64,000 bases of DNA from Vulcanimicrobiota bacterium. GTDB taxonomy: Bacteria > Vulcanimicrobiota > Vulcanimicrobiia > Vulcanimicrobiales > Vulcanimicrobiaceae. Positions 20,460 through 31,155 of this stretch are shown here, one piece after another (position 1 is the stretch's first letter; every line of letters starts with the position of its first letter). Location: positions 480,001 to 544,000 of the forward strand of contig CAWCIZ010000002.1 of the NCBI GenBank assembly GCA_963795855.1, written 5' to 3'. The position numbers were made by a program, and so were the translations under genes. Below the pieces are notes generated by a model. It was not told the DNA's origin. It ran no database searches and saw only the letters and a list, made by a program, of their open reading frames with translations.

Positions 20460-22720
20460 GTGTTTGCAGTAATCGCCGCGATCTGCTGCGTGGTTTCCGG
20501 ATTCGTCCATGCGCCGTCCGGAGCGCCGATCTCGGACGCGCAAGTCGTGCTGCGCGGACCGGTCACCCAGCGCGGCGTAAGCGACGCCGGAGGCAAGTTC
20601 ACGCTGCAGGCTCCCGCCGGAACATACCGGCTCACGGCCGACCGCCGCGGCTATTCACCTGTGACGGTCTCGCCCGTGCAAGTGAACGGCGACACGAACG
20701 TCGACGTCGTTCTGGAACCGGAGGACTCGCCGCAGACTTCGCACGATCGGCAGCGTGACGGTGAACGGCCGCTTGGCGCGCATCAGCGGCGCTATACCCT
20801 CAGTAATTCTCACGCGCTCGGATCTCGAACGCACCGGTATAGATCGGGTCAGCGAAGGTCTGCTCGACATTCCCTCGCTCGACATTCAGTATCCGCACAA
20901 CGGCGGCGCCGCGGGACTGGCGACGGTTTCGCTCCGCGGGCCGGACCCATCCGAAACGATGCTCACGCTCGACGGCCAACTGCTCAACGACGCGAACACC
21001 GGCGACGTCGACATCTCGCAGCTTCCCGTCGCCGCCTTTTCCGCGATCGACGTCTCCGAAGGTTTGGGGCCGCAAGACCTGGAGGGAAGCAGCACGATCG
21101 GCGGGGCGGTGAATTTGCTCTCGCTGCGGCCGACGCGCGACGCTCATTCCGCGTTTTCGCTCTCCGCCGGCTCCTTCGGCCAAAGCGAAATGTGGGCCAA
21201 CGCGACCGGCTCTGCGTCTAAACTGGGATACGCGCTCGCGCTCGACGATCAGCAAGAAGCCGGCTACGTGAACGAAACGGATCTCGTCTGTTCGTTCGAT
21301 CTGACCTCGTGCAGCCGTCAGCACCTCGGTTCGTCGATCGCACAGCGCTCCGCGCTCGCAAATCTCACGTATGCGTTTTCGCAGAACGCCGACGTCGGAG
21401 TGCGGCTCTTCAGCCTCGGCGACGTGCGAGATCAAAGCGCCGGAATCGCCGGAATCGATTCCGCGACGGGCATCCTGCAAGGACCGGGGCCGCAGACTGT
21501 TCGGCCAAAGCATTCGCGCCTATGACATGCACGGGCGCGCGCCGCTCGGGGCGGGAGAACTCGTAGCCGATCTTTCGCGCTCGACCGACAACGTCGACAT
21601 CGCCGGCGGCGGCGTCTCGAACCCGCTGTACGACCTTTCGCACGCCGACATGCGAACCAACGAATCGCTGCAGTGGGGACGCGCGTTCTCCGCGTCGAGC
21701 TTCGCGTTCGGCGGATATCTGCGTCAGGAGACGTTCGTCGCTCCGGGAGCGGTACCGCAGCTGACGCAGAACATCGCGTCGTATTTTGCTCGCGCGGCAT
21801 GGCAGCCGGCCGCGAAACTGCACCTGGGCGCCGGCTTGTACGCGTCACACTACACGACGTTCGGATCGAACCTCGACGGCCGTCTGAGTGCGGTTTACGA
21901 CACCGATCCGCGCACTTCCGTGCGCTTTTCAGCGGGAACGGGTTTCCGCGCTCCGCTGCTCATCGAGCGCTACGTCTTCACGAACGACGGACTGCCGCCG
22001 CCCGACAACAACTGCGTCATCTCCGGTCAGGGTAATCCGAATGAAAAGCCGGAGCACGCGACGGAATACGAGTTGGGCGTGTCGCGTCAATTCGGAGCAA
22101 ACTCGACGCTGGACGCGTCAGTCTATCGCACGAATCTGCGCGATCCGATCGAGAACTACTACCCCGGCGATACGTGCCCGGCCGTCAGCTATTCGTATCC
22201 GATTAATATCGGCAATGCCGTGTACGAAGGCGCCGAGCTGCACTACGTGCAGCGCTTTCCGCAAGCGCATGCGTTCATCACCGCGATGTACGGCTTGAAC
22301 GTCGCCTATCCGTCAAATATGCCTGTCACCGTGTCGAATCCCACGTCGGGCGCGTACATCGTCAACGACGAGCAGTTCCCGAATATTCCGCAGCAGCAAG
22401 CGTCGCTCGAAGCCGATTGGGCGTACCGCGCGTGGCACGCTGCGGCGGTCGGCGTGTATCGCGGAAACAACAATCCGCTCAATCAGCCGCCGCTCGTATT
22501 CGTCGACGCAGCGGTGGGGCGCGAGATCGCGCACGACGTCGATCTAACGCTCGCGGGAACGAACCTCTTCAACGCCGGTGCGGGGAAATTTCAGATCTTC
22601 AGTGGCGGCGAGCCGTATTACGGTGTGGTTGCGCCCGGACGGCTCGGGCCGCTTCCGACCAACCTGCTTACGGTGGAACCCGCCGGCTTGCGCCTCATTC
22701 TAACGGTGCGCTCGAAGTAG
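20460..22720 (+). CDS. TonB-dependent receptor with N-terminal carboxypeptidase-regulatory-like domain; frameshifts near 20734 and 21494
   Basis: Plug motifs SLRG...DGQLLN and IGGAVNL; barrel motifs GTGFRAP, GNPNEKPE, NLFN spread over three frames. Confidence 0.85.
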
Positions 22721-23470
22721 CGACGAACGCCGCGATCGCCGGCAACGTAAGATCGGGCCGGTCGCGGTGCGGTGCATGGCCGCAGTTCGCAAGGTAGAGA
22801 ACGTCGACGCGCGATTCTTGCGCGGCGGCTCGGATTGCATCCAGTTGCGCGACGGTGCCGTATTCGTCGTCAGCTCCTGGATCGCCAGTATCGGCACGCG
22901 TGTTTTTCGAACCGCGTCTTCGATATTCCAGGTCCGAAATTGCGGATGCAGCCAAACGTCGTTCCAGCCGTAAAACGTGCGGTCGGGATCTTTGTGGTAG
23001 CGGCTCAGGCGTCGCCGTAATTCCGTCGACTCGTACGCCGTCTTCGCACGCGCGATGCTTTGCACGGAAACGTCCTCCACGAACACGTGCGGCGCTTCGC
23101 AGACGACGCCGCGAACGCGCGCGCCGATTTCGCCTGCATAAATCAACGCAATGGAGGCGCCGTCGCTCTGCCCGACCAGCACGGCATCGCGCACGTCGAA
23201 CGCGGCCAGCACGTCGGGAAGTGCCTCCAACGCCTCGTCATGCATGTACGAAACGGCACGCGACTCTTCCAGCACGTCGGAGCCGCCGTTGCCGTATCGC
23301 GAGTATGCAAGCACCGCGCAGCCGGTGAGCGATGCGAGATCTTCAGGCACGCGCTTCCACATCGCCGCGGATCCAAGCCCTTCATGCAGCAGCACGATGA
23401 CCGGCAGATCGCTCGAGCCGGGGATGTGCCGGACTTCGACGCGGCGCCGAGCCGCGGTTATCGATTCGAT
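22695..23470 (-). CDS. Alpha/beta hydrolase; frameshift near 22872; start uncertain
   Basis: LLHEGLGS, YSRYGNG, GQSDGAS; catalytic D/H (DDEYGT, CGHAPH) in the shifted frame. Confidence 0.85.
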
Positions 23471-23871
23471 GGAATGAACGAGAGCGAAAGCGAGTTGATG
23501 CAGTACCGCGTGCCGAGCGGCTCGGGACCATCCTCGAACACGTGACCCAGATGCGAGTCACAGCGCTTGCAGCGGACTTCGGTGCGATTCATTCCGTGGC
23601 TGTAGTCGTCCACCAGTCGCACGTTTTGCTGCTGCTCCGGATGCGTGAAACTGGGCCAGCCGCAATGCGAATCGAACTTGGCGGACGATGCGAACAGTTT
23701 CGCGCCGCACGCGCCGCACGCGAACGTCCCGGCACCCCGTTCTTCGAGCAAGCTGCCGGTAAAGGGACGCTCGGTCCCCGCCTCTCGCAGCACGCGATAG
23801 CGCTCGGGGCCCAGCTGCGCGCGCCACTCCTGGTCGGTTTTGCTGACTTGCGTCGCGGCGTCGTCTTTCAT
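23458..23871 (-). CDS. msrB: Peptide-methionine (R)-S-oxide reductase
   Basis: GTERPF, KFDSHCGWPSF, HLGHVF.DGP, RYCINS. Confidence 0.95.
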   Translation of the reverse strand: MKDDAATQVSKTDQEWRAQLGPERYRVLREAGTERPFTGSLLEERGAGTFACGACGAKLFASSAKFDSHCGWPSFTHPEQQQNVRLVDDYSHGMNRTEVRCKRCDSHLGHVFEDGPEPLGTRYCINSLSLSFIPSNR

Positions 23872-23875
23872 GGCG

Positions 23876-24550
23876 TTATTGTAACATCTCGACGTCGCCG
23901 CCGGTGTCGTCGAAAAGGAACTTCGTATCGAACTCCAGCGGCTCGCCCGTCGACTCGTCATTCACTCGCGAATGTATTTCCAACCGGTGCAAAACTTTGC
24001 CGTGCCGCTTCATCGTGCCGCCGTAAAAATATTGCACGAGCGGAATTCTGTCTTTGTCGAGCGGCGCCAACCGCTGATTTTGAACCAGCATAGACAGCAG
24101 ACGTTCCTGCAGACGCTCGGGGATCAGCCGCGCGACGTCATCCGCCTGCATGCGCACGAGTTCCAATTCTTTTTGTGCTTTGTTCTCGACGTTCACGCTC
24201 TGGTTGCTGCAAAAACGCACGAGCGCATCCCAGTCGTCGGCACCGATGCCCGTGAACTGCAAGCCGTAGCGCCAAACCGGTTTGCCCTGCAGCGTCCCCG
24301 GAATGCACCAGACGTGTTTGGCCCGCAGTAATATTGGACGCTCCTCGACGGCGATGCGGAAGTTCAATTCGTCTTTCTCGAACTTCATCGGCGAAACGAC
24401 GCCGATACCGCTTGCGGAAACGTCGACCGGAATGAGCGCCGTCCAACCGTTCTGCGCGGCGAGCCACACACGAAAACCGCCGGCGCGGCGCGGATAACGG
24501 CGCCGGTTATCCGATCGCCCCGAAAACCACGCCAGCAAATCGGTGAGCAT
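23876..24550 (-). CDS. PilZ domain protein with an unknown C-terminal domain
   Basis: RRRYPR and DVSASG c-di-GMP-binding motifs. Confidence 0.75.
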   Translation of the reverse strand: MLTDLLAWFSGRSDNRRRYPRRAGGFRVWLAAQNGWTALIPVDVSASGIGVVSPMKFEKDELNFRIAVEERPILLRAKHVWCIPGTLQGKPVWRYGLQFTGIGADDWDALVRFCSNQSVNVENKAQKELELVRMQADDVARLIPERLQERLLSMLVQNQRLAPLDKDRIPLVQYFYGGTMKRHGKVLHRLEIHSRVNDESTGEPLEFDTKFLFDDTGGDVEMLQ

Positions 24551-24559
24551 CCATTTCTC

Positions 24560-25744
24560 TTATCGGATGAACGAAAGGGATACCTTTGCCGCATCGTAGC
24601 CGCTCTGTATCGCGCCTGCGACCGTGCCTGCATCGTCGGCCGATGCCGCTTCACCCGCAAAGAACAGCGAATCGCCGATTGGCTCGGCGAGCCGCTCGCG
24701 CGCGCCGGCGCCGTTTACGCGCAGATAGCTGTATGCGCCGCATGCGTACGGATCAGTCTCCCAATCGTGGTAATATGCGTGCACCAGCTGCGCGCGGACG
24801 TCTATAGCCGGAAAGAGCCAGTCGCATGCGTCCAATGCAGCGCGGACCGGGTCGCTGCGCGGCGGCAGCAACGCGCTTGCGGCATCTCCGCCCGCCCAGA
24901 CCGCGAGAACCGGCGCGCGCTGCGGCATGCGCGACCACACCGTTCGAAACCCGTGCCGTCCGGGCACTTGAAAGAACCCGTCGTGCCAAAACACGGAACG
25001 GAACTCGAGCATGACTTTCACGACGGGCCCCATGCCGATCGCGTCGATCGCGTCCTGCTTCTCCGGCGGAAACGGCGGAACGAACCGCACGGATTGGCGG
25101 CGCAAAACGCCGATGGGCAGCGTCACTATGGCGCTGCGCGCGTGCACCTGCACCGGATGATTGGCGCGAACTGCATCAATCGCTATGCCCTCCGCCGACC
25201 ACCGAATTTCCTCGACACGCGTATCCAGCAGCGTTCGTTCGATCAGCGGACGCCACAGATAGTCCATGACCTGTGAGTAGCCGTTGCGCGGCCGCGACGA
25301 CGTATCGTTTACAGAACTGCGCCACTCTTTTGCAATTGCAATCACGCTCGCGTCCGTGGTAATCGCCGCATCGAAGCCTTCAATGAGCATGCGCGCCTGC
25401 GCCGCGTCATCCGAGTTCCGATTTTTCAAAAATTCGTCGACGCTCGTATCCGCGCCGTTTACGTCGACGCCGCCGAGTACGCGTTCCGTCGCCTCCCATA
25501 TCGCGTTCGGCGCGCTTGCAATTCCGATCGCCCCTTCGCCGCATTCGCGCAGCAGCGCCATCGTCGTTGCGGCTTTTCCGTGAATGAATTCCGCGCCGAG
25601 CTCGACCGGAAACGCGCCGTCCGTCGTTCGCACCGTGTAAGCGCGGCCGCCGACCCGATCGCGCGCCTCGATCAGCAGCACGTCGATGCCGCGATCGTGA
25701 AGGGTCCGTGCGGCCGCCAGGCCGGCGGCGCCTGCGCCGATCAC
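24560..25744 (-). CDS. Flavin monoamine oxidase family protein (start uncertain)
   Basis: IGAGAAGLAAA, EARDRVGGR, ELGAEFIHG, FFAGEA, GTVAGAIQSG. Confidence 0.88.
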   Translation of the reverse strand: MIGAGAAGLAAARTLHDRGIDVLLIEARDRVGGRAYTVRTTDGAFPVELGAEFIHGKAATTMALLRECGEGAIGIASAPNAIWEATERVLGGVDVNGADTSVDEFLKNRNSDDAAQARMLIEGFDAAITTDASVIAIAKEWRSSVNDTSSRPRNGYSQVMDYLWRPLIERTLLDTRVEEIRWSAEGIAIDAVRANHPVQVHARSAIVTLPIGVLRRQSVRFVPPFPPEKQDAIDAIGMGPVVKVMLEFRSVFWHDGFFQVPGRHGFRTVWSRMPQRAPVLAVWAGGDAASALLPPRSDPVRAALDACDWLFPAIDVRAQLVHAYYHDWETDPYACGAYSYLRVNGAGARERLAEPIGDSLFFAGEAASADDAGTVAGAIQSGYDAAKVSLSFIR

Positions 25745-25771
25745 GGCAACAGCGGTGGGTACAACCCGCCT

Positions 25772-26254
25772 ATGAACGTCCACAGCACTTCCTTTTCCGA
25801 CGGCGCCGCCATTCCACAAAAATATGCCTTCAGCGGCATGGGATGCACCGGCGAGAATCTTTCCCCGCATCTGAGTTGGAACGATGCGCCAGCCGGAACC
25901 AAGAGTTTCGCGGTCGTCATGCACGATCCCGACGCGCCCACGTCGGGCGGCTTTTATCATTGGGTGATGTTCAACATCCCGGGCGATACGCGCGAACTCG
26001 CGGAAGGTGAAGGCGGAAAGCAATTCGGAAAGATTTTTTCAGGAGTGGTGCTTGGGCACACCGACTTCGGCGCGAACGAATACGGCGGCCCTTGTCCGCC
26101 GCCCGGGCCGCCGCACCGCTATCACATCACGGTGTATGCGCTCGACACGGAAAAGTTGCCGCTCGACAAGTCGACGACCGGGGCGAAATTCGAATTCGCG
26201 GCCGCGCCGCATACCCTGGCAAAAGCGGAAATCGTCGGCGTGTACGCCAGATAG
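25772..26254 (+). CDS. YbhB/YbcL family (PEBP/Raf kinase inhibitor-like) protein
   Basis: SPHLSW, HDPDAP, HWV, YGGPCPP, HRY. Confidence 0.92.
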   Translation: MNVHSTSFSDGAAIPQKYAFSGMGCTGENLSPHLSWNDAPAGTKSFAVVMHDPDAPTSGGFYHWVMFNIPGDTRELAEGEGGKQFGKIFSGVVLGHTDFGANEYGGPCPPPGPPHRYHITVYALDTEKLPLDKSTTGAKFEFAAAPHTLAKAEIVGVYAR

Positions 26255-26258
26255 GCAG

Positions 26259-26285
26259 CGGGCGCCGCTGATGCGGCGCCCGTTT
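26259..26285. terminator. Hairpin between convergent genes (probable terminator)
   Basis: CGGGCGCCGC-TGAT-GCGGCGCCCG perfect 10-bp stem followed by TTT. Confidence 0.6.
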
Positions 26286-26297
26286 CGATTGCGCGGC

Positions 26298-26483
26298 TTA
26301 CTCGCCGGCGCCTATATCGGATCGCATAGATTCGCGTATCTGCGTTTTATCGTCCGTGTCGCGATCGCTTTCGATTTCGCCGCGTTCGGTTTTCGAGCGC
26401 TTCATCGTGTCGGTGACGTTGCGGTCGCGCATCTCCCGGTCGTCCATCGCGGTATTCCGAGTCGGGTCTCTGTCGTTGTTCAT
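26298..26483 (-). CDS. Small charged hypothetical protein (61 aa)
   Basis: SD-like GAGGTG upstream of ATG; D/R/E-rich; ends just before the hairpin. Confidence 0.55.
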   Translation of the reverse strand: MNNDRDPTRNTAMDDREMRDRNVTDTMKRSKTERGEIESDRDTDDKTQIRESMRSDIGAGE

Positions 26484-26537
26484 TCAACTCACCTCGCACC
26501 GGAGCTTTCCCGCCCGCGCCTAAGCGGCAAACCGTTT

Positions 26538-26942
26538 TTATCTGACAATTGCCGAAATTGCAGATTGAATGTCACTCGGTACGCGTCGGGCGGCGAAGGT
26601 TTGTTTCAAGTCTGACAATGCTGCGTGCTTCTGCTCTGCCGTCAGCGAGGGCGCGTTGCGGACCAAGGAGATGTTCGGCCTGACCGGCGCGCAGGGTTCG
26701 CCCGCTTCTTTGCACGCGTAGTCGGCCGCGTACTTCGCGAGCTCGGCGCGCTGCGCGGGCGTTACGTCGACGAAATAGCGCGAGAGCTGCGGATCCGAGG
26801 ACAAACGCCGGATGAGATCGCCGGAAATGCCGCGCACGCCGGAGTAGCCTCCGAGACGCACGTACATCGAATGGTATGACTCCGCAGCGGCTACGCTGAA
26901 GGCAAGCAGGGCGGCGAGAAGGACGGCAAATGCAATTCGCAT
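26538..26942 (-). CDS. Exported group I truncated-globin-like protein
   Basis: Signal peptide then SMYVRLGG...DPQLSRYF...GEPC; proximal His apparently replaced by Arg. Confidence 0.7.
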   Translation of the reverse strand: MRIAFAVLLAALLAFSVAAAESYHSMYVRLGGYSGVRGISGDLIRRLSSDPQLSRYFVDVTPAQRAELAKYAADYACKEAGEPCAPVRPNISLVRNAPSLTAEQKHAALSDLKQTFAARRVPSDIQSAISAIVR

Positions 26943-26991
26943 GATGCGTTAATTCGCGAAAAATGACGGCGTTTATTCCAAGGCAAGCAAA

Positions 26992-27510
26992 CTATCGCGT
27001 TCGTTCCAGAAAGACCACGGGCGCGCCGTTTATGGCTCCACGGTCGAACGCCCGATAACCGAAGTTCTGTACGATCCGCAGCGAGGCGGCATTCGCGTCG
27101 TTCACCAAACAAACCGTGCGCGCCGGCAGATGCGCATCGCCCCACTCGAGGACCGCGCGCACCGCTTCGGACGCATACCCCTTGCCCGTCATCGCCGTCG
27201 CGAGCGCAAACCCGAGTTCGGGAGCGTTTTGCATAGCCGGAATCGTCTCGCGTTTGAAATCCGCGAAACCCGTCTCACCAACGAAAGCTGCCGTGGATTT
27301 TTCCTCGATGACCCAATACCCGTAGCTCACTAAGGACCAATGCCCGGCGTATGCGAGTATGCGCGACCACGTCTGCGTGCGAGTCGACGGAATGCCGCTG
27401 ATGAACCGCGTCACGACCGAATCGGCCCACATCGCCGAGCAGTCGTCAAGATCTTCGCGGCGGTGGCCGCGCAGACGCAGTCGCGGCGTTTGAATCTCCG
27501 GGACGCTCAT
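26992..27510 (-). CDS. GNAT N-acetyltransferase (RimJ/RimL-like)
   Basis: TPRLRLR, GHW...YGYW, PELG, GKGYASEA, NAASLR. Confidence 0.88.
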   Translation of the reverse strand: MSVPEIQTPRLRLRGHRREDLDDCSAMWADSVVTRFISGIPSTRTQTWSRILAYAGHWSLVSYGYWVIEEKSTAAFVGETGFADFKRETIPAMQNAPELGFALATAMTGKGYASEAVRAVLEWGDAHLPARTVCLVNDANAASLRIVQNFGYRAFDRGAINGAPVVFLERTR

Positions 27511-30500
27511 CGAACTACTGCCCGCTCAACTTGACGCAGCAGCGTCTGCACCGCCGCATGCAACTGCGGATCGGCGGTCGAGCCGACCGGCCGCGTAACG
27601 TACACGTCGACGGGGCGCGGATGCAGTTCCATGTTTTGGCCGCCGAGCGTCGTGACGCGCTCGAAGGGTAAACGGAACGTCGAACCGTCGACAAGTGAAA
27701 TCGCGGACGTGTAAATGATCCAGCCCGCCGTCGGGACGCCGACGACCTTGCCGAGATGAAGCGCGCGGTAACCTTGCGTGAAGTCCTCGCCGTCCGAGAG
27801 CGTTTCTTCGTTCACCATCAGGACCGTCGGTTTTTCCAGCGCGCGCTGTCCCAGTTCGGTTCGCGCGGCCACCGCCGGCATGTTTCGCGGATACATACGC
27901 AAGTAGGGGCGGCGACCGAAAACGTCGAGCGCATACGCGTTCACGAAGCCGCCTTCATTCGAACGCACGTCGACGACGACGCCGTCCTTGCCGTAATCGG
28001 TGACGTTGAGATCTTGATACAATCTCGCCAGCGAGTCCGCCGACATATCCGGCATGTGCACGTATCCCAGACGTCCGCCGCTCTCGCGCAATACTGTCTC
28101 GCGGTTCGCCTCCACCCACGCTCGATAGCGAAGTTCCATCGCGGTCGCGTAGTTGACGGGCTGAACCGCGACGTCGCGCGAGCCGTTCGCAGACCGGATC
28201 GTGAGAACGACGCGCTTGCCGATCGTATTGTCCAAAACCGCGTCCAAGTTCGTGCCGGAGCCGATGCGAGCGCCGTTCACGGCGAGCAAGTCATCGCCGG
28301 CGCGGATTCGTCCGCTTATCGCCGCGGGCGACTGCGGGACGACGGCAGTGATGCGAAGCGTTCCGCTGCGTTCGTACGCATCGCGATCGAAATCGAGGCC
28401 GAGGCGCCCGCTCGTGCGCTTCGCCGGCGAGGGCGGATAGACGCCGCTGTGGGAGCTGTTCAGTTCGCCTACCATCATCGCGAGCAGCCGGCGGAACTCG
28501 TCCGGCGTTTGCGCGCCGGCGATCTGCGGCGCGTACCGCTCGCGCACCGCTGCCCAATCGACGCCGTTGGTGTGCGGGTCGGCATAGAAGTCGCGGATGG
28601 CGCTCCAGGCTTGCTCGAAGGATTGCACCTTGTCGCGGTTCCAGTCTTCGTCGAACTCGGCGCTGACGTTGAGCGGCGTTTCCTTTCCGTTCGACGCGTC
28701 GACGATCTGCAGCGCGCCGTCGCCGTCGAGATAGTAGATCGTCTTTCCATCGGGAGACCACGTGGGCAAGTTCTTATCGCCGGCCGAATGCGTGAGCTGC
28801 CGCACGACGGCCTTATCGGTGAGCGGAAACAAGTACAGGTTGGTTTGTCCGGCTGCAACGGCACTGACCAGCAGCGTCTTGCCGTCCGGACTCAACGCCT
28901 GCGATTGCACGTCCACGCCAATGGGCAACAGCTGCAACCGCTGTTCGATATTCCCAAACGCAATGTCCACACGTTCTTTTTTGGGCGGCGTCGTACGCTG
29001 CGATGCGTTGGTTTGATGCACGGATGGTCCGGTTGGTGTGAAAGCTCTTTGAATTTGGTCTCTTCGAACACCGGCGTACGCGGCGTCAAATCGACGCGCG
29101 CCACCTGTCCCGGTTCCGTTCGCTGCGCGGTATCGAACAACACGAATTTGCCGCCCGGATCCCACGAAATCGTGTCGTCGAAGACGTTTGCAAGGAATGA
29201 AACCGGCCGCTGCTGCGGAGCATCGGCATCGACGACGTGCACGTTCGTGAATCCCATCGGCTCCGCTGCGAAGAATGCGAGCCAGCGTCCATCCGGGGAC
29301 CATTGCAGCGGCCGATCCGGGTCGAACGGTTCCCAGGGCAGCTCTTGCCGCGCAAGCGTCCGTACGGACTTCGTCGCCACGTCGAGCACGCGCACTTCGC
29401 CCGGCGTTTCGAAGGCGATCCGTTCGGCTGCGCCGTCCTCATGGGGCCGGTATTGCAAGTAGCGGATGTCCTGCGGCCCGGCCACCAGCTGCGCGCTGCG
29501 ATCGTTCAGAAAATCGTACGTTTGGATCGCGCCGTCGTGTCCTTCGCCCGCAACGTACGCGACGGTGTTGCTGTCCGGCGCCCATGCAACCGCGCCCAGC
29601 GCATACCGCCCGTGCAGCGGCACTTCCTGGGCCGAGCCGCCGTCTTTCGCGTCGGCGGCGAACAGCCGGCCGTGCGTGATGAACGCAACTTTCTTTCCGT
29701 CGGGCGAGAGCGCAAACGCCGTGAAACGATCGTGCGCCGTCGGGTGAGCGGTGTGCGGCGCTTCAATGGCCCCTTCCAAACGTACCGGAATATGCTGCGT
29801 GCCGCCGCTCGCAACGTCGTAGCGGTAGATGCCGAAGTTCCGTTCGAAGACGATAGCGGAACCGTCGCGCGCGATGCTCGGCCAAACGACTCTGCCGCTG
29901 CTGAAATGCGTGAGTTGGCGCGCGGCCGCACCGGGACGCTGCTGCCAAAGATTCTGGGCACCGCTGCGATCGGACATGAAATACAGGGTGCGCGCGTCGC
30001 GCGACCACATCGGCCACTCGTCTTTAGCCGTTCCCGGCGTGACGCGCTCGTATGCGCCTTGCGGCGTGCGGATCCAAATCTCGCACTCATCGAGATGGCT
30101 GTGCCCGACGCGCCACCACTGCGAGCCGGCAAAACCGCGCGCGTCGAACGCAAGCGTGCCGTCACGCGGCGAGGGCGCTGCAAGGTACACGTTCATGTAC
30201 GGCTGCGTCACGACGCGCATCGGCGTGCCGCCTGACGCGGAGACGCGGTAGACGTCGTGCGCGCCGTAGATATTGCGGCTGGAATTCGCGAAGTAGACGT
30301 ACCGGCCATCGGGCGACCAACCGTCGAGTTCGTCGTAGCCGTCGTCGTACGTCAGGCGCGAAACCGTGCCGTCGGATAGGCGCAGCACGTAAATGTCGCC
30401 GTTGCCCGTCTTGGACGAGATGTATGCCACCTTCGTCCCGTCGGGCGAGTAGATCGGCCGCTCGTCGGTCGCACCGTCGGCGATCAGCAGTCGCGCCGTC

Positions 30501-30622
30501 CCACCCGAAGCCGGAACGGTCCAAACGCTTCCGCCGGAGGTAAATGCAATCGTGCGCGCGTCGGGAGAGAGTGACGGCTGCGCGAGCGAAGCGAGCGCGG
30601 CAACGGCGGCGGCGACTATCAT
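27507..30622 (-). CDS. Tricorn-like S41 peptidase (PD40 beta-propellers, PDZ, S41 domain); frameshift near 29043
   Basis: SPDG repeats, ELNSSHS, GYVHMPDM, DVRSNEGG, SDGE catalytic motif. Confidence 0.9.
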
Positions 30623-30638
30623 ACCGCGCTCTTTTCGT

Positions 30639-31154
30639 CTACTTCGTGTTTTCCCACTGCTGCGCGAAGATGACGCCGCGCAGATCTTTCTCGAGCGCAA
30701 AAAATGCTTTGGCGCGCGCGTCGTCGAGATCGATCTCCTGCATGCCGGCCGTCACGGTTCCGAGAGTAGTGGTTACTCCGCACCGCACGACGCTGATTTG
30801 ATCTTCGGGGCCGTCAAGATAGAGATTCGTCGCCGGTGATAAGCGCATTTCGAAAAAATCGTGGCGTTTCAGCACGCCCATGACGGCCGTATACGCGCCG
30901 AGCGGCTTCGCCGCGTCGTACGTTCCGCGAATGCTCGTCGCTCGCCGCGCATCCAGAGTAACCTGTGCCTTCAAACCGGCCGGGTAGTACACCGCCTCGA
31001 ACGTGTACCACGGCAATGCCTGACCCACGAGCGAGTACTGCGCCACCTTCACGTAAACGACGTCGTCATACGATGGAGCACCGGCGGCGCATGAAGCGGC
31101 GGCGCGCGAACAGACTAGAAGCAAAAGGCAAGCGGCGGCGACGAAAGCGCGCAC
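30639..31154 (-). CDS. Exported hypothetical protein
   Basis: GTG start with a signal peptide; fills the gap in a co-directional operon. Confidence 0.6.
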   Translation of the reverse strand: MRAFVAAACLLLLVCSRAAASCAAGAPSYDDVVYVKVAQYSLVGQALPWYTFEAVYYPAGLKAQVTLDARRATSIRGTYDAAKPLGAYTAVMGVLKRHDFFEMRLSPATNLYLDGPEDQISVVRCGVTTTLGTVTAGMQEIDLDDARAKAFFALEKDLRGVIFAQQWENTK

Positions 31155-31155
31155 G

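Noticed and set aside
20417..20460. Cobalamin or other riboswitch before the TonB receptor
   Set aside because: The intergenic space is only about 40 nt
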